Shown one piece after another: positions 9,816 through 21,726 of a stretch of DNA of 64,000 bases. Under the pieces are notes generated by a model. That model had not been told where the DNA came from. It saw only the letters and a program-made list of their open reading frames with translations, and did not search any database. Positions within the stretch are counted from its first letter, which is position 1. Each line of letters starts with the position of its first letter. The DNA comes from Cladosporium halotolerans. Taxonomy: Eukaryota. A program made the translations under genes and the position numbers. The stretch lies in assembly GCF_011745625.1 (NCBI RefSeq), contig NW_027191458.1:1-64000 (forward strand), in the 5' to 3' direction.

Positions 9816-12800
9816 TCAAGTCGCTTGCTCTTCGTCACGTTTCCGCGTCCTCGGCCGCAGACGATGTCGCGACAGAGACGCCATAGAGGTGACTCTGGAA
9901 GGTTTGCTAACCTCGTCATCCTCCTTTTCCTCGATCTTCCTGATGGCCTTTCCTTCGACCGAGCTCGGGTCCGAGAGCCGACTCCCAAGTCTCAGCGCGG
10001 ACCACGCCATGGGGATGCACAGCGTCGCCAGCACAAGCGTAGCAGCTGTACCAAGTCCCACACCGACGACGTAGCGCATGACGAAAGACAATGACAACTG
10101 GTCCTTAGCATTGTAAGGCAGGTACTCAATATTGATGGCGAAGAAGGCTGCAAGAAAGGAAAGCGGGAGAAAGATCACTGTCACGATGGTGAACACCAGA
10201 ATGGTCCGGCCGGCCGCAGCTGTGGAGTCCGCTTGCTTTCTCGCGAAGCGAGCCTCGATGGAATTGGCATACCGCTGCTTGTGCTCCAGAAGATCCGTAA
10301 GGGCGCGTTGCATATCTTCCACAGGCTGCTTCATGATCTCGACTTCCTGTGCATGCTGGTTCATGGAAGACAACTGATCATGCCAGGTGCTGACAAGCTT
10401 TTGCCAGAGCTTGTTGTTCTCGGCGGCACTCTTGAGACCGAGGTTGTCGAAGATGGAGTCAAGGACGATTTTCTGATCACTGAATAAATGAGCGAGGATG
10501 TTGAGCTCGTCCTTGATGTCCTTGACCTCTTCCAGCAACGTGGTTTCTGGCTCGATGTTCAGAAGTCGCTCCACCAGCCCGGGTTGGACGTCGCTGCTCT
10601 TCGATTCTATCCATTTCGAAGCGATGTTGCTGTCATCTTTGAAACCGCCAAAGAACATAACTTCCCGATCGACTGCTTCGCCGATGGAGGAATTGAACAT
10701 GTCGAAAATACTTGGCTTGCCATGTATCTCAGCAGCATGATCGCATGCAGATAGGCATTGGCCAACAATACAGAGTGCCAGCTCGAGGACGGAGTGCACA
10801 GGATTCCCTGCACGCGGATTTAGTTCTTCGAGAACACCGGTGAGCAGCGCTGGCGTCTCATTCGTTGGAAGTCGCCATGGTTGAGGAAAGCTCGTGACTA
10901 TGAGATCCGATCCCAAGATCCAGATCCAAAGTTGATCTACCATCAGGACGTCAAAAGCGTCTTGTTGCGATGTCGGGCCTCCGCTCTCAATTCGCAAGCG
11001 ATCTTGGTAGCGCCAAATGACTTGGTCGCTATCACGAATGTACGTGTTGATGTTCTTGTACCAGAACTGATCCAGGGTGCGGCGAGCGTGCAGACGATAC
11101 TCATTTGCGTGCCAGGCACGATCGGCGTTGTACAGAAGTGTGTCTCGATCTTTGGGGATTCTTGAGGGGTGAATGGAGTCCTTTTGCGGTTGGTTTTTCT
11201 TGCGATACATCTGCTCGTGCATCTCATCTACACAAGCCTTCGTCTCATAATCCAGATAAGGCATGAAAAGGCAAGCTTTGAATCGTGCCTCGCTCGTCGC
11301 ATCCGTTCCAAAACCTTGGTGAGAAGCTGTTAGTACATCTTTCGTCGCTCTTTTCTTCTTCCTCATCTTCCTAGGACGGACGCCAGGATCAGAATGACGT
11401 TTCGGTTTGACACGCACTCGGGTCTCGCTGTTGTTTAGCGTTTCGGGCTCAGAATCACTGGCACGAAAGCCACTCTCGTCCATGTCGGACGCGTCCCGGT
11501 AGATGGCGAATCTTGGAACGTTGTTCGGTTGGTTTGGCGGTACTTCCAGACTGTTCATCCGCTGTGGACTTTGCGGACGTGAAGATTCTTGATCCGAAAA
11601 AGCGTCATTCGCAGCTCTATCCTTGTGAGTTCTGCTATCGTCATGGCTAGGATAGCGTCTCACGGGCAGTCTTTAACAGTACGGGCGCATGTGACGGGAA
11701 TGAACCTTTCGTCCGCGGTACTGCTGCTGGTAAAGCGACCTCTCTAGTGCTTTAAAGCCCTCAATGTCAGATGCGCCATTCTCAATGAAATGCTTGGTCA
11801 AAAGTGCATGGCACCACCCAAGATTGTTCACTGGCAAATGGATCCAACGGAAGCTTCCTGTGTCTGATGGTTCTGGCTTTGTGCTCACGTTGTCCCTGCT
11901 TACTTCTCCAGCACTGCCGTGATTGCGATATAGTACATCAAACACGGATGCGCGGTACCTCCGGATCTTGCCGCTCGAGTTTTGAAAGTCGACGATGTTC
12001 GCATCGAAGCTTTTTGCAGCGGTCTTGATGTCGGATGGCAAAGACTCGACGCCATGCGTCGTCCAAGGAGTGAGCAACGGCACGATTTTGCCTCGCTGTG
12101 TAGAATTCGCAGCATCAAGTAGAGGCGTGTTTCCCGCAGAATCTTTCGCTGTGAACCGAATGTTTTTCTTCTCGAGTAGAACCTTGACGATGTCCTCTTG
12201 CCCCCATTCGGCAGCTATATGCAACGCCGTCCGCAAAGTCCGTGAAGTCTGATTGATATTGGCGTGCCCGGCAAGCAGTGCCCTCACTGTCGCGACATAG
12301 TCGACGGTCACCTTGAGCTCACTAACCTTCAGACCGCTCTCGAAATTCCCAACTGGTGCGTCCAGATGTCTTGTGTGTTGACCACAGGAAGCCAGATGCA
12401 GTGGCGTCCATCCGCCTTCACTCACGGCGTTGACATCCGCACCATTAAGAGGCACCAGGAGAGCGTTCACAATCTTTACCTGTCCATGAGCCGCTGCAAT
12501 ATGGAGTGGCGTCATCTGGTCGTCGGATCGCGACTTGACCGAAGCACCCTTCTTCAGCAGGAAGTTGACCATCTCGACTGAGTCGGTCCCAGAGCCGCAC
12601 GCCATGTGCAAAGGTGTCAAGTTGCCATAGCACTGCGCATCAATCGCAGCTCTGTTTCTCAGCAGCATGTCAGCAATTTCAACATGTCCGTATGTTGCCG
12701 CAAAATGCAACGGGGTTTTGTCGTGGTGCTCGGTTGCATGGACAGAGGCTGTGCTTCTTGCTAAGATTATTTTCGCTATTCGCGTAGTCCCCCAGATGGC

Positions 12801-13733
12801 ACTTGAGTGGAGCGAAGAGCGTTTCTTTTCGTCCAGCTGGTTGACGCTTGCAATCCGTTCGTCAATGGACAACAGAAGATCGATTGTAGAGTCAGTTAAG
12901 ACCTTTTCCGTGTTGGTGTAGGTAACATGGTGCCAGATATTCCGCTTCCGATGATCTTCCTTTGCCGCAACTTTGTGGTCACGAAGTATTTCGCGCACAA
13001 TTTCAGTGCGATTCTTCCATACAGCGGTCACAAGCGTAGATCTACCATCACCATCGACTGCATGGAGACTCGCACCAGAATCAATGAGGAGGGAAGGAAT
13101 TTCTGAGCCCACTGATGACCCTAATAAGGAAAGAAGCGCAGTGCAGCCTTCGAGATCCTTCGCCTCCAACGCATGTTCGAGGTCTGGTTTGCCAGCTTTG
13201 CCGAGAAGGATCTCCGCGACTCGAGAATCCCCAATGAAGAAAAGCGCATTCTTTTTGAGCGGGTTTAGCTGAGCGACTTGCGCGCCGCGATTCATCAGCA
13301 ATTCTATGACCTCCAGACGATCCTCGAAATCGGCCGGTAGCTTTGGGGTTCCCGCACAAGACGCGCTTAGTGGCTTGACTGATGCATGCATGTCCGGTGC
13401 GCCATTTGCTGAAGGCGGTACTTCTCCAGCTGTGTTACTGCTCCCAGCGCTTCTTACAGCTAGCACCAATGGCGGCCAGCCGCGAATGTCATCAATACTC
13501 TGGGTAGAGATGCTTGGGTCGGCATTTTCCTGAATAAGCAAGTACTTCACTACCTGGGCGTAGCCAAGATGGCAGCCTTCCGCCAAAGAATCTGCGAGCA
13601 CCTCCTCAGGCTTGCGCAGCGAACTCTGCCTCGAGATGACTTGACTCAAACGATCCAAGTCTTCCGAGTGAACAGCTTCCCGGAGTTCCTCGACCAACAG
13701 TTGAATCCTGTACGTCGTTTTGTTGTTAGGCAT
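9816..13733 (-). pseudogene. Ankyrin-repeat + CorA-like membrane domain protein interrupted by one in-frame TAA (11675-11673)
   Basis: Many TPLH ankyrin repeats; FRWIHLPVNN, HARRTLDQFWY and LMVDQLWIWI motifs; C-terminal TM pair FTIVTVIFLPLSFLAAFFAINI. The two ORFs are in the same frame (1306 codons in total). The pseudogene status is inferred. Confidence 0.8.
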
Positions 13734-15031
13734 TTCTTTCAAAGTAACGGCGTCCGACCATGACAATATTTGCCGTTCGGCGGATGTGGCGACCGCGGCC
13801 TGCGTGGAGGAAACAGTGTCCAGGCCAGGGCGTGTGACGAGGCTCCATGCACTCCTTCATATCTTTCTCGCCTCAACCGGAACGTGCAGCACTGGGTGGA
13901 AGGTATTGGTAATCGATTGTAGCGAAGCTGATCGCAAGGCTGCGCCCTCACTCTCAGCCGTAGTGCCTCAGCCGCACCAGCATTGAACGAAAACGGTCCC
14001 TCGGCCGCGCCTTTCCCAAGATGGTCGTAATCTCGCCCCATGCTGATATACACTGCATAGACGAGGCGCATCACATGCTCGTTGCGAACGACCGGGATCT
14101 GGGAACGGGAGCGGAGGGAATCAGGTATGGCTCTGACTTTCGCTGCCGTGTTTTGCCTTCGGAACTGGGTGAAGCTATTGCAGCGTGGAGCAAGGTCGCG
14201 ATCAGAAATTGCGCTTGAGGTGCAGCCGATGAGATTTGTGGTGCTTGCGTGAGAAAGCCCAGAGAGGAAATCGTCTTCCTGTCCAGCCTCGCGCGATGCA
14301 TGAGGTTCGCGCCACAGCGCTTACGTGCATACAGGGCTTTCGACCGCGCGAACGGCATCCCACACGATCGAGATCTGCCTGGTGCTGTGGGGCACTGGTC
14401 GTGTGGAGCAGAGACGAGGAGACGCGAGGCGGGCGACATGACTGATGTCCAGGTATCCGGAGAACGAGTCAAAAACCAACAAGCCTCCGAAACGATGTGT
14501 CGTGCGCTTAAGGTTTGAGGCTTACAGACTCTCTCGCGGCACGCGGTAGCTACTATCAGTCTTCGACTTCAACGCTTTGCCGCGCGCTCTCGTTGCTCTT
14601 CTAATACCAACAATAACGTAGTCCTCATATTTCCCAGGGTCTGGTACATGAATCCATATCGTCGCTGGTATCGGGGAATGGAACAATTGGCGCGCGAGAT
14701 CTCGTCACTTTCCGTGGCGCGAGCGTGGTGACGAGCGAAAAAAGGGATCCCATGTGTGCTCTATGTAGGAAGGGTATCATTCTAAGCAGCGGGAACAGTG
14801 AATATGCGTGAGGGTACAGTATGCCGCTCTGGAATGACACCAAAAGTACAAAACGCCAGCTGATGCAAAGAATGAAAAGACAATATCCGTGAAAATGACC
14901 GAGGGCGGAAGGCATAATGCACAACATATGCAGTGGCATCACGCAAGGAAAAGCGTCAAGTGCGGTCGGTAGATAAGCCAACGTTGTCAAGGATACGTCT
15001 TGGACTTGGTAGCACAAGAGAGCGAAGCGTG

Positions 15032-16477
15032 CTAAGCTCGACTCTTCTCTGCCACCTCTTCGGCCCAGGCAAGCTTCTCCTCTTTCAGCTTTCTCTTCGC
15101 ATACCAGAAGGTAGCGAGCGTCCAGACACCAGCCCAAACAAAAGGAGCAGCCCATCCGATGACATATCCGGCCTCTGCGTTGATAGTGAAGATGAGGATA
15201 GTGCACACGACAGCCATGCCCATCGCGCCGATACTCCAGAACAGACCAAGACGACGGAGCATGGCGCGGAAGACGTGGCTGGCTTCGTAGCGCCGGTTAA
15301 GGGCTTCACGGTATTCGGTTCCACCTCCGCCGTCCACACCGACGATGTCCTCGATCATGGGGTAGATGCCGGGTCGGAGCTGAGCGCCTTTGGGGATCGA
15401 AGAAATGCGACAAGGAGCTGGGATCTGAAAGTATCGGCCGACGTCGATGAGCAGGAGCTCTACGGCGAACGTGTATAGCATGGACGGAACGGGCATGGCA
15501 ACGAGCCGAAGGGGCGGGTACTCGCGAACGGTACCACTTTATAACGGCGTCAGTAATTATCGCGGTGCAGCATTGAAAGGGTAGAAGACTTACATGATCA
15601 ACTCCAACATGATAATTACCCAGCCGATGGTGTAGTTCCACAAGAACCAGTCAAAATACCAACGCCCTGCGCCTGTGGGCCTGCAATTGCTGTTCTTCTT
15701 CCACAAAGCCCACGTGCGGACAAAGTATTCGAAAATACTGATACCACCAATTGCAGCAGTGACGATTGAGAAGACGGTGTTGGCGGACATGCGACCGTCT
15801 TGGTAGACTGTATACCATAGACCGAAATAGAGCCCGATCGGCATGATGACACTGTCGAAGATTACGATGGACCAGAAGAACCAGAGAGCCTTCTTCTTCG
15901 TGCGCAAATCGTAGTTCAGCGAAGGCGGCTCTGGCTCGAAAGCCGGGTCTGACTGCATTGTGTCGACCGAAGGAGGCGGAGGGCCACCATCTTCAGCTTG
16001 GCTAGGCCTCTCCTGAATTGCAGTGTCGGGTTCGCTTTGTCGATGCGCGCCAGTCGGGCTCATGACGTGACCCGACGACTTGCGCCGGGTCATCGTGAGA
16101 GATGGGCGTCCATAGGGACCATCGTAGCGCCTGTCAAAGTCTTCGCTTGGACGCGGGGCTCTCGATATTTGCGTGCTCTTTCGGGGCGGCAGCCCTGGGG
16201 TCGTAGGCGAGTTCTTCTTGGTAGCCTTCTCGGCCTCCTTTCCTGCCAGACCGGTCGTGCTGTGTCGCCTTGCGGGAATCTCGACGCTCAGGGGCGCACC
16301 CGTGGCCATCGGTGTGTCGGCGCCCTGCTGGACCGAATGGCTTTTCGCATTTTTGACCGCGTGAGGTTCAGAGGTGTGTCGGGTTTTATCATGTGTCGAG
16401 TCGTGAACTATGGGCGGCGGATCGAAAGGGCCATCGTGCCGCTGATCGAAGTCGTGCTGTTTGGGTTCCTCGACCAT
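15032..16477 (-). CDS. Conserved fungal multi-pass membrane protein of unknown function
   Basis: Two exons (intron begins GTAAGT at 15593); disordered N-terminus, then several hydrophobic helices; motif LRPGIYPMIEDIVGVDGGGG. Confidence 0.8.
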
Positions 16478-17125
16478 TGCGGTATGCGGCTGCGCCAATA
16501 TTGTCTAAGCAGTCTCAGCACTTGGCTGAAGACGCGAAGCCGGAGAATGCTAAGACCAGCGGATCGATAGAGTTTGGGACGAAAAAGCCAGAGCCGAGGG
16601 CGTTCTTCGGGGGGCGATGTGAAATGCTCGAGAGGCAGGAAAGGAGGTGTGAGTGAAGTTTGCCGTCGAGCGACAGGAGCGCAGGATGGTGTGTTGGTGA
16701 GAGAGCGACGGAGTGGTTGAAGATTGCGCGTGCAGGCTCTCGCCGGATGTTCCTCGCGGACGCGGGCGCGGGCGCGGATGGCAGCAGCGCCGACAAATGG
16801 TGAAGTCAAGCAATCTGGGCGCTGGGCGTGCATCACCAGCGTCGTCATCGAACAAGGGCCCGGCCGGCCACACGACTTCGCCTCGTTCCCTCTCCACATG
16901 CCCTCCCTGCCCTCTGCGCCGTGGGTCCGCCCCTCCCCCTCGCTCCTGTGATCCAATCCACAATAATATTTAATCTATTCTCTACCGGCACGGCAGCCAG
17001 CCAGGATTCTGCTGACTCTGCTCGAGAAGACTCACAACATCGGCCTGCGCGTACTTTGCCCACCTTCTAATCACCACCTGGGCCAGCATGTGAGGCTTTC
17101 TTGGCCCCTTCCGCGCACTCCCGGC

Positions 17126-18370
17126 ATGTCAACAACCTCACTTCTGCGTGCCCTGTGCACGTTGCTGTCGCTACTCGCCTTCAAAGCCCTCGCGGCTGCA
17201 GCCGTCCCGCTCGATCAACAAGCGCCCCTCCTCCACCACGCACGCACCAACCACTCTGTATCGCTCGATCTGTTCTCCAACCTTGAAGAATTGGCCCGCA
17301 TCGTGGACATCACATACTGCGTCGGCATCACGAGCCTCGGCATCACAAAGCCCTTCTCTTGCCTCTCGCGGTGTGATGATTTTCCAAAATTCGAGCTGGT
17401 CACCACGTGGAATACTGGGCCTCTGCTGAGCGACAGTTGCGGCTACATAGCGCTCGACCATGGCAAACAGAGGGTCATCGTCGCCTTCCGAGGGACATAC
17501 AGTATTGCCAATACCGTCGTCGATCTGAGTACTGTCCCACAAGAATACGTGCCATATCCCGGTAACGATGGCGATGACGAGGCTCAAACTTTGCTTGACG
17601 TCGGCAAAGGATTCGTCGACGGCATCGGCGGGCACGCGAAGAGACACGTAGACGAGGTAGAAGATTTGCCCAAGTGTAACAATTGCACAGTGCACATGGG
17701 CTTCCACGCCTCGTGGGTCCACACGCGACCTTACGTCCTGCCCGAAATGGAGGAAGCGAAGGCCGCATACCCTGACTACCAACTGACTCTCGTCGGTCAC
17801 AGTCTTGGCGGCGCGGTAGCAGCGCTCGCGGGACTGGATCTGCTCGCACGCGGTTACGATCCACAAGTGACGACCTTCGGGGAGCCTCGCATTGGCAACA
17901 AAGCACTAGTATCGTACCTTGATGAACGGTTCGACCTCCTTGCCGACATACCAAAGAACGACACGAAGCTGAAATACCGCCGTGTCACGCACGTTGATGA
18001 CCCGGTTCCGCTACTGCCACTTAGTGAATGGGGCTATGCGATGCACGCAGGCGAGATCTACATCAGCAAGCCTTCGCTCTCTCCCGACATTCCTGACTTG
18101 AACCACTGCAAAGGCGACAATGATGCGAAATGCATTGCTGCGCAAGACTCGAGCGTGGTTGCTGATGAGCCTGCCATGCGCAAACGCGACCTGATCGGGT
18201 CGGTCAAAGAAGAAATGTCTGAGCTCACCACCGAGCCCTGGGGCATCCCGTCGCGATACAAGCTCTGGCAACTGTTCTTTGCGCACAGAGATTACTTCTG
18301 GAGGCTAGGTGTCTGTATGCCAGGTGGAGATCCCCTCGGTGGAGGCGGCAAGTATGAGTTTTCCGAATAA
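17126..18370 (+). CDS. Secreted class 3 lipase (alpha/beta hydrolase)
   Basis: Signal peptide; VAFRGT, VHMGF, GHSLGG nucleophile elbow, FGEPRIGN, RVTHVDDPVP, HRDYF. Confidence 0.93.
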   Translation: MSTTSLLRALCTLLSLLAFKALAAAAVPLDQQAPLLHHARTNHSVSLDLFSNLEELARIVDITYCVGITSLGITKPFSCLSRCDDFPKFELVTTWNTGPLLSDSCGYIALDHGKQRVIVAFRGTYSIANTVVDLSTVPQEYVPYPGNDGDDEAQTLLDVGKGFVDGIGGHAKRHVDEVEDLPKCNNCTVHMGFHASWVHTRPYVLPEMEEAKAAYPDYQLTLVGHSLGGAVAALAGLDLLARGYDPQVTTFGEPRIGNKALVSYLDERFDLLADIPKNDTKLKYRRVTHVDDPVPLLPLSEWGYAMHAGEIYISKPSLSPDIPDLNHCKGDNDAKCIAAQDSSVVADEPAMRKRDLIGSVKEEMSELTTEPWGIPSRYKLWQLFFAHRDYFWRLGVCMPGGDPLGGGGKYEFSE

Positions 18371-18812
18371 AAATTCAATCGTTTCGTTGTCGCAATTTTC
18401 CACGTCTTCGCCCAAGGCCTAATAGATGGAAAGGTGCTTGTGAATCCCAGAGCAGAATGACTGTACAATGCTGTCAGCCGTGATCCAAGCCCGCGGCCCC
18501 CAGCGGACGAGTCAAGCTTGAAGAAGTCCGACATGACGGTACGACCGCCGCCGAACGGCCAAAGAAATATTGCCTCTACGTTGTATCACCACAATAAAGA
18601 ATGCCTTGTACCCAGAATGGCATGCCGGCAGGCAGCAAAGCCCCGCAAACGACGCCTCCACGCAGTAGCGCATCCTTCGCCGCTGACTGCCTATGGGCAA
18701 GCTGAAACGGCGACGACGTACAGCAGCAGATAAAGTCGTCTCAACGGAAAAGCAGCAGAAATCGCATGTCGAGAGCTTCCAAATTGCGGCGTCGTACATT
18801 TGATTCATAGCC

Positions 18813-20636
18813 ATGGCACTGCCGGCCGCCCCTCCCTCGTCGGAGGACCCAAATGATGCAATCCTGAAAACAATCCGCAGCTCAACTCTCGCATCCCATA
18901 CACGACCAGGAAACCCTCCGACGACCATGTTCAACCCATACCATTTCTACAAAACAGGAGACTTCGAGCAGCACCAGGCACTCGCAGCATCCCTGCTCGA
19001 GCGCGTCTACGCAATACGGCCCGAGGGCCAAGCTGTTCACGCCGAAGCACTGGCAGAGGAGAACGAGGCCGCCGGACCCTACATGCTGTGGGAAGCGTTC
19101 GTGACGGGGCACGTTGAAATCTACCAAGCGCTGAAGAAGACTTTCGCAGCCATGGGGTGGGAGCAAGCAGCTAGAACGTATGAGAAAAGGAGGAACGCAG
19201 AAGTCTTCCAAGCGAGCAGCGAAGTCAAATCCGGGGCGATCAGGAAGTGGCTAGAAGAGTTTCAGGATGACGGGACGAAGCTGATGTTCCAGGCCGCAGT
19301 GCACGGCGACGAGGCTACGCTCAAGGTCTTACTCGACGCCGGATATGCGATCCACGATGAAGAGCGCCGGGGCTTGATGCCTATGCACGCTGCGTGCTAC
19401 AACGGCCACCTAGGAGCTGCGAAGCTGTTACACGGCGCAGGAATCGATCTGAACTACCTGGACGAGTTTGGAGGCACGCCATTGATGCGCGCAGCAGCAG
19501 GTGGTTACGGGCATGTCGTCGTGTGGCTCGTAGACAGCGGTGCCAATGTCAACATCCGTGAGACTCGCGAAGGCGGCAGCACTGCTCTAGAACTAGGCGC
19601 ACGCGACGGAGGGTGCACCGCCAAGCTCGTCCAAAGCGGTGCCGAGTAAAGTCCCGCCGCGTTTGCAGCAGCAGTGAGCCATGGGGATGACAAGTCATTT
19701 GGCTGGATCGCGAACGCCGGCGGTTTCCCGGTAGCTAAGTTGCGGGACTCGGAAGCGCAAACGCAAGGCTTGAGCGATCAGCAGCGTGAGTCTGTGATTT
19801 TGGCCCTCAAACACTTTTCTGCCGGCTCCCTCCACATCATGAGCTTCCTGCTTGCATTGATCGCCTTATCGCGTGAAGGCGACAGGTACGAGCTTGATCT
19901 GACCGACGATGCCTTGTCACAGGCGTTGCGCAGATGTATCCCACGCGTTGTTCAGAACAATCATGTCGAAGTGGCACGCTTGCTAATCCGCAATTTGCCC
20001 GGCGACAAGACTTCGGGAGACTCGGAGCAGGCGAAAGCTGCGCGGGTAGAAGATCTTAACCAGTGGTTGATTGTTGCAACACGATATAATGCTACTTCCG
20101 TAGCACGCATGCTCCTGGAAGAGTACGGCCTTGACAGCAATGGAAATGCAGGGCCTCGGCTGGAAACATCTCTTGCAGTGGCAGGCAGTTCGCAGACGAT
20201 TCAGTTGCTTGCGCAAGATTTCGGCGCAGACATCCAAAAAGCAGCTGGGCCCTTCGCGAACGGTCCGACGCCACTTTGGCACATGGTGCAGTCACAGAAC
20301 GAAGGAGCCGCACGCGCATTGCTTGAACTCGGAGGTCCTGTCGATTGCTTACACCAAGCGGTCCAGCCGGGCGCGAAGAGACTGTGGCTCGTGGCCGGAG
20401 ACAAAAGTCCGCATCAAGTCAGTCTGGGCGCTTGGATGAGCCCTGACTGGTTTGAAGAGGACAATAAAGACCAGTATCTATGCCTTGAGTTTCCAGGGGG
20501 ATTCGAAGGGAGGATTCGGCCGAGGAACTCAAATGCTGGACTGGCGGCTGGCGACGGTCGGCCTGTGTACGAAACCGACCAGGATTCCGGATGGCTGGGC
20601 AGCTGGAAACGTTGGTTGGAATGGTTTGGAGTGTGA
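18813..20636 (+). pseudogene. Ankyrin-repeat protein interrupted by one in-frame TAA (19647-19649)
   Basis: Ankyrin repeats (PMHAACYNGH, TPLMRAAAGGY) before the stop and ankyrin-like motifs (GPTPLWHMV) after it; both ORFs in frame (608 codons in total). Confidence 0.75.
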
Positions 20637-21040
20637 ATGCGTAAATGCGGTGGTAGATGATCATTGAAAAGGGTGTAGATGTGTATGTTGAAAGTTTTGC
20701 ATCCGTTCCTGACTTCACCCTCGTGCAGTGTCTGATCTTGGGCTTCTTAACCGCGAGGTGTAATTGGCTGTCATCTTCCGTGAGGGTTCCCAAGGCCGTC
20801 GCAGGCAACTCTCATTCGAAAAGAAATGAGGCTTCAGATGCGGCATACACAATTGCGTAGGGTATAAGAACGTTTGACAGAGCCCGCGCTGAGCTAGCCT
20901 GTTCATCATGGTGCTCCTTTGCGTCGGAACGTTACTACGCGCGGCAGGATTGCGCCTGCTCGTCTCGGACACTAAGCATGAGTGAGCATGGCATTAGTAC
21001 ATGCGCCCTCAGCTTCGGCGAGTGGCACACGGCCGAGGTC

Positions 21041-21496
21041 TCACGGAGAAGCCACAGGTTCAGCCTTGTGCTCCTGCTGCCTCTTCGCCCTTCGACCACC
21101 CTCGTTCTCCAGCACGAGCAGCGTGCCGGCGAAAGCGACGCCCACGCAAGTTGCGGCCATGAGGCTCACCCCGACGATGTTGGGCCGGAACAAGCCCTGC
21201 TGCAGCAGACGCATGGTGCTGAAGTAGCTATGGGTGCCGTGCGCCACACACAAGCTGCCGCTGCCCACAAGCACCGCCGCGGCAACTTTGGTGTTGCTGT
21301 TCTCCAGCTGAAGTAGGTGAGGTGAGATTGCAGCGAACGCTTCCACCTTCTCCAGCGCAACTCCCAGCGCGATGAAGCCGAGGCCGCTCCTAGCCCAGGC
21401 GAGAAAAGTGCGTTCGCTGGCCAAAAGATCGCGGGCCACGGAGCCGGTGTTCTTCATGGGCGCCGCCCGGAAGGACGAGAAGATGCGGCTGAACAT
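21041..21496 (-). CDS. DUF202 (YidH/VTC1-like) small membrane protein
   Basis: NTGSVARDLLASERTFLAWARSGL motif and three hydrophobic segments. Confidence 0.88.
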   Translation of the reverse strand: MFSRIFSSFRAAPMKNTGSVARDLLASERTFLAWARSGLGFIALGVALEKVEAFAAISPHLLQLENSNTKVAAAVLVGSGSLCVAHGTHSYFSTMRLLQQGLFRPNIVGVSLMAATCVGVAFAGTLLVLENEGGRRAKRQQEHKAEPVASP

Positions 21497-21726
21497 CTTT
21501 TGAATTGGACGCTAACCGCAACGGCGCAGCGGTAAAAAGAAATGAGGTGTGCGAGGCAGAGGCGGATTATCCGAGGTTGATGTGGACGGTCGTTAGGAAC
21601 AGGAAGGCGACAGGGCGACATGACGCTCGACGTCGCGCGACCACTCTCCGTCTCCGTCCACCAACGCCGACGCCCCTCCATGACCCTGCGAGCTGTTATC
21701 GGCGAGCAGCAACTTCACCACTCCCC

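Noticed and set aside
11648..11683. 36-nt GT...AG intron that would remove the ankyrin-CorA stop
   Set aside because: Too short, weak GTACTG donor and no clear branch point.
1650..14500. Starship-type giant transposon cargo
   Set aside because: The gene content looks accessory, but no tyrosine recombinase captain or boundary repeat is visible in the window.
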